A DNA stretch of 64,000 nucleotides from Microbotryum violaceum (lineage: Eukaryota): contig CDLV01000006.1 of assembly GCA_001244265.2 (NCBI GenBank), positions 2,294,001 through 2,358,000 on the forward strand, read 5' to 3'. The notes beneath the pieces were generated by a model. It was given only the letters and a program-made list of their open reading frames with translations, searched no databases and had not been told where the DNA came from. This document shows, in pieces, positions 53,431-64,000 of this stretch. Within the stretch, counting starts at the first letter, position 1. Each line of letters starts with the position of its first letter. The position numbers were made by a program, and so were the translations under genes.

Positions 53431-55522
53431 TGCAACAAAGCCTGAACGAGCACGCGAAAATAATGTAGACCGAACGCCCACATCACCCCATGTTCTCCCC
53501 ATCGATCATTCCCATCTTCATTTGACCTGTTCCGACATGTTGCTAGTTGAAGCGGCTGCTTGGCGCTTGGTGCTTGGCAGCGGACTCACGACGATGATTG
53601 TAAGGGGATGCCTTACAGGAACAGCCCCATAAGTAGCCTCTGAGTAGCTAGAACTATCGAGTTCTAGTTACGGCTTGCTTTTAGTCTAAGCGGTCAAGAA
53701 CGACAGATTGTATTTTATGCACATCACTGCAGAGGCGCATATCAGGCTTACACTAAAATAGCAGCGAATCGCAAGGCGCTCGCCGCGAGCAGGGGGGGGA
53801 AAGGAAAGCCACTAGGTAGTCATAAGTGGGTTGTATGAGACATAATTTTGTGTGACAAAGCTGTTGATCATCAAAGATACCCTTTATGACGTCTTGCACT
53901 GCCGATTGGCAGGGGACGATGAACGACAGTAATAAACTTTGAAACATCATATTCGGAGATCCTTGAAATGTATTCGGAGAAGAGAAAAGAGAAAGAAAAG
54001 GTTGTAGAAAGCCGCGTTTCAGAGCGTTTATTAACGGCATTTTCGTAAAAAGTTGTGAATGAGTGAATGGGGAAACGCTTCCACACGGATGGTGATCGAC
54101 TGAGTCGGACCTCATGCAAAAGCGCGTCGGACAAACCATGACTGCTGGCCTCGTGAACGCAGGCAGATCTGACCAACACCGCCGGAGGTTAGACTGATTC
54201 CTCATAATATGCATCGTCCTGTGGAGTTTGACGGTGAGCAACCCACAAGGGACTCTGCGTCCCTCGACGCTCGGAGATCACCACGCGCACTGCACGTGAA
54301 CCGACCCCTTAACCACTCGACCGGTCGAATCATCAACTTGAGAACGGACTCGCTAGTCCAGATTACACAGATCAAGTAGACAAGGGGTAGATACAACGCA
54401 GATACGGGGTGTACGTTCAATGTAAACAGAGTAGAAGAAGGGCAAATTGGGGGGGCGAACACATACATCGGAGAACAAACACGCAAATCCAAGACTCTCA
54501 GGGCACCAGTGGGAGGGCCAGCCATATACACAGTCGGAGCAGAGGAAAAGGGAGCACAACTCTCGTCGTAATGTATATATACGTAAGAGAAAATCAAAAC
54601 CTGCAGTTCTAGGCCTGCATCGGATCGTAATTCACGAGAACGTCAGTTAAATCGGCCTTCCAAAGCCCTCGAATCGTTGCTCGAACCACTGACCTTCTTC
54701 CTCCCCAAGAACAATCGTTGCATCACATTCGGCCGCTTGAGGCCTTCTTTCTCATCCACGCTCGAATCCGGATCCTGTCCGGCACTCTTGACCCCTCTCA
54801 AAGGTTGTCCACCATCGTACCAATCCTTGATCCTCTCGTCGCCGATCGTCGTATGAGCCGAAACGAGCGCCGGTCGAACGGCTCCTCCCACGTTCTCGTC
54901 CCGTGCCTGGAGGACGACACCTGAAGCGACGTGTTCTTCGCGAGGCGGGGTCGCACCTTCTTTGTTGGAGCGTCCGAAACGTCGAGCAAGTGACTTGCTC
55001 CGCTTTGGTCGGTCGGTCGGGGAATGGGCGGATGCGTGCGCAGCGTAGGATTCATCGAGAGCAGGCATGGGAACTCCGACAGGTTTGCCAGCCGCCAGCG
55101 TGGCCTGTCGTCATGACAGGGGTCAAAGTGGACAGGATCAGCCTAACCCCCTCAAAAGTACCAGTAAGGTCAAAAGCAACTGACTTCGATATCCCAAATC
55201 GACTGGGTCCTACAGAAGCGATCTTCCTTGGTGAGGCTGGCGTCTCCTCTTGTCGAAGCCGTCCCCCGCCCGCATTCCAATCTCGCCTTCCGAAGTCTTC
55301 CCAAGCTTCCGAGTCCCTGAGGACTCAGGAGGATGAATCGAACCACGCAGCCAGGTCAGTTGTCGGTCTCAGAAGACAGAGAAACGCCGGGGTGAGACAG
55401 ATCTTGACCTCACCTGACGCCATACATCTCGATCAACTGCGACCCCTTCCCAGCCCCCGGAGCGATCGGGAAACCCATATTGATCTTAGGTCGTGCCTCG
55501 GCCGCCGGCCTTCCTGCCGCCG
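53431..55522. repeat. Left arm of ~2.09-kb inverted repeat
   Basis: Reverse complement of 57780-59869. The ORF track shows mirror-image identical ORFs (54643-55068/58233-58658; 53753-54241/59059-59547; 53871-54179/59121-59429). Confidence 0.97.
53599..53752. mobile_element. Short solo-LTR-like element, copy 2
   Basis: Starts TGTAAG, ends CTTACA and is homologous to 25784-25918. No TSD seen. Confidence 0.5.
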
Positions 55523-57406
55523 CGTAAGGTCCATCTTTCCCAATCCCACCCTGCGGTCTCGAACCATCTTGCTCCATCGCGTTGAGAGCAGCTGCGGCCC
55601 TGGGAGATACTCGTGCAGAGGGTTGATGACGCACGGGGGTAGTCGAGGGAGCGACCTTGAGTTTGGGCTTGGCGGACACAGTGTCGCCGAAAGGTGGAAC
55701 TAAGGCTGCAGGGTTGAAGGCGCCGATGGGGGCACACGGACCCTTGTTCCTCGCAGCTGTCGCTGCCGCGTAGGGCCCGTCGTGTCGGACCAGACCTGAC
55801 AGAGGCCCAGATGGTAACATCGTCAGCATCCTGCCGACGCGAACAGCTGAATCTAATATGAGAGCGCTCACCTCCTCCACCATACAGTCCACTGATGTCG
55901 AGCTTGTCAATGACATCCAAAGGTACGTCGCTTTTTCTTTCCACCGGCCGAGGGGCCGTTTTCTTATTCATCAACGAGGCATGCCTGGTCATTTGCGCGC
56001 CGTTGGTACCTTTGGTGTTGCTGTTGCTGTTGCTGTTGCCGGTGCCATTGATTTTGCCGTTGGTGTCGGAAAGGGTGTTGGATTTGGCATTGCGGTTGGC
56101 GCTCGGACTGACGGGACCTCGGGTGGTAGCGCTGGCGTTGGTGCTGAGATTCGGGTGGGACCCCGCGCTGTGGAGGTTGGCGGATGTGATCGAGGTCCGA
56201 ACTGTCCTCGGAGCTGGGGCACGCGTACTCGACTTGTAGCCCGAGGTCGTCGACTGGTTCGACAAAGTTCCGGGGTTGTATCTCGCGTCGCTCTGTGCTC
56301 GACTCCGTCCACCGTGGCCATTCGAGCTCCCACTCGCCGAAGCGCCGTCCGCAAAGGGGCCAACGGATCGCGTGAAGGTCATTGAACTCGAAGCTGGACC
56401 CTGTGGCAATTGTTGGGGACGCGTCTTTACGGGCGAGTGGGTCCTGGAGGGGGAAGTCGAGGTTGATCGGTCCGACGGTGGGTCCGAAACCGAGTCCGAA
56501 TACTCGGATAGGTAGGTATAGTGCTCGAGCAGTGAGTCATTTGTTGTCGATCTCGGAGTTGGTCGGTCGGGCACGGCGGCGATCGTCTGCGGGGGGTGCA
56601 TGTCGTTCGATGTGTGATCAGTCTCACGTTGTCGCCACCGATAAAACGTCGAGTAAAGAGTCTTGGAGTGGGTCAAGAAGAGAGAATCGAGCATTGAGCC
56701 CGCGCGTCCAGGGCTACGTATGCACTGCCCGAGCGCCAAGCCTTGGGGGACTGGGCCGTAGGCAAGCGGCCTGCAGCCGCCAGCTGCGCGGCCGTGTCGG
56801 GTCATTCATTCACACGCGCGCGCGCTAGGGAGATGCTACTACTTGAGGCCAGGCGAGATGGATGCATGCAACTCACCACGACATTGTCCAGTGCTTCCCG
56901 TAGCGAGCGATCATCTTGAAAAGGGTCTGATAAAGGTAGAACGCATCCGGAACCAATGGACAACGTGTCGAGATGATAGTGGAGGCCGTCAGGGGTGGGC
57001 GAGGGCAGCGGCGACACGCGACGGTCGAGGTCATAGTCGAGACGGTCATCGGTGGCGATAGGCACAGCGGCGGCGACGACGAAGCCCCAACGACGGGTGG
57101 ACAGAGAGCAAGGAGAAGCGGGTGTCAGTGTGGCCAACATTTCGGATTTGAGAAGACAACCTAGTCGATGAAAGTTCACACATCCCCGGTGACGGCTTCC
57201 ATGGATTACAAGAAGCGGTCCCGACCCGCCGACCGCCCACGACGCGTTGAGCAGCGGCGGACGTCGGTTGGAGACAACACTCCGAGCGGTCGTTCCCTTT
57301 GGTGCGCGCCGCGACGGGGTCCGGGGCCCATCCCTGGAGCTAAGATGCGGTGTCGAAGAAAGAACTCACCGGCATTGAATGTTCTCGCAACGCGTGTCGA
57401 CGCCAT
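54643..57406 (-). CDS. PAL1: Pal1-family cell morphology/endocytosis protein, multi-exon
   Basis: LDVIDKLDISGLYGGG|GLVRHDGPYAAATAARNKGPCAPIGAF is the Pal1 core. EMYGVRDSEAWEDF and PKRSKSLARRF follow. The proposed first exon MASTRVARTFNA splices to DPFQDD; the start is tentative. Confidence 0.82.
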
Positions 57407-57778
57407 CACGGACGGGGCGTAGGAGCGGCCACTTTTTGGAGGTGGTGGAACGGGTCGATGCGTGCTGCTGGCAGATTGGCAAGCCAGTCAGATAGATCCG
57501 AAACCCGCAATGTCGGCGCCTGGGGAAGTCCGCCTAGCAAGTCGCCAGGCCCACCGCCTTTCTTCGGGTCGACAGCGTTAGTGGCCCTTTTTTTCACAGA
57601 ACCAAAGTATAGATTGCCACTGGAAGCTCTACGCTAATCGCTACTATGACTAATGCCTTCTGATTCACCTAGCCTCACCTGGACACTCAACGAATACGAA
57701 GTTGACCGCTAAAGAAACTAATTAAAGACTGTCCAGGCGCGCGTCCCCTGATAAGGTTTAGGCGCACGGGCTTTACAG

Positions 57779-58658
57779 TCGGCGGCAGGAAGGCCGGCGT
57801 CCGAGGCACGACCTAAGATCAATATGGGTTTCCCGATCGCTCCAGGGGCTGGGAAGGGGTCGCAGTTGATCGAGATGTATGGCGTCAGGTGAGGTCAAGA
57901 TCTGTCTCACCCCGGCGTTTCTCTGTCTTCTGAGACCGACAACTGACCTGGCTGCGTGGTTCGATTCATCCTCCTGAGTCCTCAGGGACTCGGAAGCTTG
58001 GGAAGACTTCGGAAGGCGAGATTGGAATGCGGGCGGGGGACGGCTTCGACAAGAGGAGACGCCAGCCTCACCAAGGAAGATCGCTTCTGTAGGACCCAGT
58101 CGATTTGGGATATCGAAGTCAGTTGCTTTTGACCTTACTGGTACTTTTGAGGGGTTAGGCTGATCCTGTCCACTTTGACCCCTGTCATGACGACAGGCCA
58201 CGCTGGCGGCTGGCAAACCTGTCGGAGTTCCCATGCCTGCTCTCGATGAATCCTACGCTGCGCACGCATCCGCCCATTCCCCGACCGACCGACCAAAGCG
58301 GAGCAAGTCACTTGCTCGACGTTTCGGACGCTCCAACAAAGAAGGTGCGACCCCGCCTCGCGAAGAACACGTCGCTTCAGGTGTCGTCCTCCAGGCACGG
58401 GACGAGAACGTGGGAGGAGCCGTTCGACCGGCGCTCGTTTCGGCTCATACGACGATCGGCGACGAGAGGATCAAGGATTGGTACGATGGTGGACAACCTT
58501 TGAGAGGGGTCAAGAGTGCCGGACAGGATCCGGATTCGAGCGTGGATGAGAAAGAAGGCCTCAAGCGGCCGAATGTGATGCAACGATTGTTCTTGGGGAG
58601 GAAGAAGGTCAGTGGTTCGAGCAACGATTCGAGGGCTTTGGAAGGCCGATTTAACTGA
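57779..58658 (+). pseudogene. Duplicated 3' half of PAL1 (lacks the Pal1 core domain; could be an expressed truncated copy)
   Basis: Intact frame and introns from SAAGRPASEARPKINMGF to ALEGRFN*. Confidence 0.75.
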
Positions 58659-59869
58659 CGTTCTCGTGAATTACGATCCGATGCAGGCCTAGAACTGCAG
58701 GTTTTGATTTTCTCTTACGTATATATACATTACGACGAGAGTTGTGCTCCCTTTTCCTCTGCTCCGACTGTGTATATGGCTGGCCCTCCCACTGGTGCCC
58801 TGAGAGTCTTGGATTTGCGTGTTTGTTCTCCGATGTATGTGTTCGCCCCCCAATTTGCCCTTCTTCTACTCTGTTTACATTGAACGTACACCCCGTATCT
58901 GCGTTGTATCTACCCCTTGTCTACTTGATCTGTGTAATCTGGACTAGCGAGTCCGTTCTCAAGTTGATGATTCGACCGGTCGAGTGGTTAAGGGGTCGGT
59001 TCACGTGCAGTGCGCGTGGTGATCTCCGAGCGTCGAGGGACGCAGAGTCCCTTGTGGGTTGCTCACCGTCAAACTCCACAGGACGATGCATATTATGAGG
59101 AATCAGTCTAACCTCCGGCGGTGTTGGTCAGATCTGCCTGCGTTCACGAGGCCAGCAGTCATGGTTTGTCCGACGCGCTTTTGCATGAGGTCCGACTCAG
59201 TCGATCACCATCCGTGTGGAAGCGTTTCCCCATTCACTCATTCACAACTTTTTACGAAAATGCCGTTAATAAACGCTCTGAAACGCGGCTTTCTACAACC
59301 TTTTCTTTCTCTTTTCTCTTCTCCGAATACATTTCAAGGATCTCCGAATATGATGTTTCAAAGTTTATTACTGTCGTTCATCGTCCCCTGCCAATCGGCA
59401 GTGCAAGACGTCATAAAGGGTATCTTTGATGATCAACAGCTTTGTCACACAAAATTATGTCTCATACAACCCACTTATGACTACCTAGTGGCTTTCCTTT
59501 CCCCCCCCTGCTCGCGGCGAGCGCCTTGCGATTCGCTGCTATTTTAGTGTAAGCCTGATATGCGCCTCTGCAGTGATGTGCATAAAATACAATCTGTCGT
59601 TCTTGACCGCTTAGACTAAAAGCAAGCCGTAACTAGAACTCGATAGTTCTAGCTACTCAGAGGCTACTTATGGGGCTGTTCCTGTAAGGCATCCCCTTAC
59701 AATCATCGTCGTGAGTCCGCTGCCAAGCACCAAGCGCCAAGCAGCCGCTTCAACTAGCAACATGTCGGAACAGGTCAAATGAAGATGGGAATGATCGATG
59801 GGGAGAACATGGGGTGATGTGGGCGTTCGGTCTACATTATTTTCGCGTGCTCGTTCAGGCTGTGTTGCA
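57780..59869. repeat. Right arm of ~2.09-kb inverted repeat
   Basis: Reverse complement of 53431-55522, with only a few differences seen by eye. Confidence 0.97.
59548..59701. mobile_element. Short solo-LTR-like element, copy 3 (mirror of 53599-53752)
   Basis: Reverse complement of copy 2, within the right arm. Confidence 0.5.
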
Positions 59870-60420
59870 CAGGGACTGGTGTCTGTTCTTTGTTTTATCA
59901 TTTTTGAGTACTGGAACAGATCGAGTCCGGTGATCACAGTTTGATTGCCATGCGTGGACCTGGAACGGGGGGAGACTTCTAGCGCGTCAGGCCACGTCTA
60001 AACGTCCTAAACGCAGAATAGAAACGCCTGGCCCACCGCAAATGGCGTTTCCAACAGCAAGACTCCCAGCCGATTGCCGACTTTCGAGAGTGACTAGAAG
60101 ACAGCGAGTTCCACAAAGACGGAATGAAAAGTAAAAAACGGCTAGAGAAAGCAAGTGCAGGGAAGACCTATATAGCATAGTACACAGAGGGCGGCGGGGC
60201 AATTGAAATGACGGAAAACACGGGACATCTCGGCGATGAACGCGCGGGCGAGAACAAAGGACGATCCGCAGTAGCAAAGATAAACCTATGCCTGTCAAGC
60301 CCCATCAGGGGGCCGATCAACGGTCGTCGGGTCAAATACGATGCAATACAAGAAAAGCGTGACGAAGGCAGGAAAATGTAGAGAGAAAAATAGGAGCCCG
60401 CCGAAAGACCCACTGAGCGT

Positions 60421-61922
<1,502 letters not shown>

Positions 61923-62341
61923 GGTGTGGTGATAAGGTAGGGGTTGGAGTCGAAGGCGAAGCTTTGGCGCGGCGCTCGGCTGGCCCGCCCTGGCGCGCCC
62001 TGGCCCGCCTGACGCGCCAATGTACGCTCGCTCGATTAGTGATCGCCAATCTGTCTCGCGCGCACGCGGTGGGCGTGCGGGGCGTGAGCGAAAGGTGAAC
62101 CACTCCGAGGATCTGGGGAGCTTCCTTCCATGGACTAGGAAACACGGATCTGACGCGTAGGAGCGGCAGATAGAAAATGACGAGAGTGATATTCAAAAAG
62201 ACATGCTTGGAATGCGAAACGAAACAAGCTATGCTAAGTGAGAAGTGCAAAAGGTTGAAGAGGAAACTGAATGGTTAAAAATGCCGAAAAGACGATACTG
62301 ATTCGATTCGGGATCCAAGAAGACTGCTTCCAAACACTCTA

Positions 62342-64000
62342 TCATGAATCGGGCTGCTCCCTCGTCGACATGAGGAACGAAGCAGGGACTTGGATCGTAT
62401 CCGAGAAGACACGTTTGTGCGACATGCGTCGTTCCAAAGGGGTCTGCAAATTCCCAAACGAAAGTCGCTTGCCCGCACCGAGACTCGTACCGGTCGATAG
62501 CTCATCCTCGGGTAGTGAATCCATCATGGGTAAGTTGGTCTCGGTCGCTGGCGAGTGTGACGCCGTTAGGTCGGTCGAAAGCCCGTCGGAGAAGACGAAT
62601 CGACTAAGGATGCCTTTCAACCTGCTCGCTGAATCCGAGCGGGGCAACGTCGGCTTGGAGAATGTAGGTAATCCGATCGGCTTCGTCGTCGTCGTAGGTG
62701 ACACTCGAGCCCCGTCCGAGTCCACTGACAGAACTTGAGGGCGATCGTTCGTGCGGTTCGAGCCAGGAAGGGGGAGGACGAAAGAGGTTTGTGGTTGAGG
62801 TGAGAAGATCTCGCGTCCTGCCTCGGGCGTCAAGGTCTCGTCGAATGTCCCGTCAATGTGAATCGCCTCTGTTAATCGACCCAGGCTGCTCGAGTTCTGA
62901 TCATCAATCTCCTGCTGGATCGCCATGGGCGGTCGTGCAGAAGCGAATGTCTCATTGCTTCCGAGAGGCAAAACGGTTGTCTTCGCCGATGTCTGGGCAA
63001 CGATTTGCGAGTCGATCGTCTCCGGTGTCGAGAGGTGTGATCCCGACGTCAAAGAACCATGACTCGAAATTGGGGTTTTGGGACTACTCGTACTCTCGAC
63101 CTGCTTCGAGGTCCAGGGTGCCAACTTGGCCTCGGCCACGGCGCGCTCCTCCGCATAGTCAGGGAACGGTGGCTCTTCCTCTTCGTCCCTCACGCCCGCG
63201 TCGCCCCGTAATGCACGCTCATATCCCACGAGTTGGAAGACGAGACCCAGATTTGGTCCAACCCATTCCGACTTTTCCTTGACGAAAGAGTAGGTATCGT
63301 GCATGCCCGTACACCCAGCGAGTTCGGGAAGGTGTCGACCTTCCTCGAGCGCCCGAGCCGCTTCCCGCATGCAGTACGCGATGACGACCGTCGCACTACG
63401 CGATACGCCGCATTGGCAATGCACCAGCACTCGGCCCTTGCCGCCGTCGGTAGCTCGAGCTCGATCAAGGAAGTCGAAGGCGTCTTGGAACTTGCGTGCC
63501 TCCACCAGGTCGGACTCGTCGTGACCCCACTGCGATGCACGAACAGGTCACGTCAGCTCAAAGCCCTTGGTAATAGCGCGCACATACATACCCGAGACCT
63601 ACCTTGAGCCATAGATAATCAATCTCGGGTCGACCTGATGTCGGATTCGCGGGAAACTTGATCGACCCATCGGGCGCCGCATCGATGTCCATCTGCGACT
63701 TTCGACGCAATCGCGGTGAGCCACGACGCAAGGAGGGTGACGTGGCTGGTGTGAGAAGGCCAAGAGGTGTGGCAGCGACAGAGGGGTCGACGAATGGTGT
63801 CGGGAGATCGGCATTGGGTGGGGAGACGGTGGAAGCGGTAAAGATGGATTGAAGATTAGGCGTCGACACCGTCGGTCGAACAAAGCCTGGCCGAGCGGGG
63901 AGGCTCGGTTCGGGAACGACGATCACGCCCTGGGTCTTTGTCCGCCGGTGGGACGACTTGCTACGGGCAGGCTGGGGCGCATCTACTCCTGTGGTCGAAG
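62342..64000 (-). CDS. Dual-specificity protein phosphatase (MAPK-phosphatase-like); 5' end outside window
   Basis: Catalytic VLVHCQCGVSRSATVVIAY, YLWLK|WGHDESD, and YSFVKEKSEWVGPNLGLVFQL. Confidence 0.88.

Noticed and set aside
55180-55320. Apparent frameshift in the penultimate PAL1 exon (EAWEDFG frame versus SIWDIE frame), shared by both arms
   Set aside because: Alternative donors (GTAGGA, or upstream GTCAGG) give an in-frame product, so a lesion cannot be claimed without cDNA.
53431-59869. Pheromone precursor genes or a mating-type cassette in the inverted repeat
   Set aside because: No ORF with a proper CAAX end or repeated peptide units was found (the ...GRCIL* ORF is not CAAX), and no STE3 or homeodomain gene is present.
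53431-59869. Inverted repeat as a composite TIR transposon or a read-foldback artefact
   Set aside because: There is no transposase or TSD, and the arms are host gene sequence. A unique 2.26-kb spacer, unique flanks, edge substitutions and diverged margins argue against a simple foldback, although only reads can exclude mis-assembly.

Overview
Intron-rich, GC-rich fungal genomic DNA. A basidiomycete origin, probably Microbotryomycetes, is inferred from splice signals, gene content and transposon types and is not proven. About 20 protein-coding genes can be reconstructed by hand: an EthD-like barrel protein, a lactonase/cycloisomerase, a secreted intradiol-dioxygenase-like protein, an orphan repeat protein, eIF2A, trifunctional TRP1, two further orphans, a TPX2-like protein, an RNF5-type RING ligase, Spa2, Sgs1/RecQ, an HMG-box factor, a BAR/Pil1-like protein, Rad21, a Cdc12 septin, Pal1, Rab5 and a partial dual-specificity phosphatase. 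Mobile DNA comprises a non-autonomous Helitron (~5400-6082), a hAT-like element (22059-26194; TIRs and 8-bp TSD) carrying a nested Helitron, and a short LTR-like repeat in three copies. The most unusual structure is a ~2.09-kb near-identical inverted repeat (53431-55522 / 57780-59869). Its arms both contain the 3' half of PAL1, and they enclose a 2.26-kb unique segment holding the PAL1 promoter and 5' exons. The outer margins of the repeat are clearly diverged, which suggests an old repeat kept homogeneous by recombination and a candidate flip-flop invertible locus. All gene models are manual, and exon boundaries and starts are approximate.
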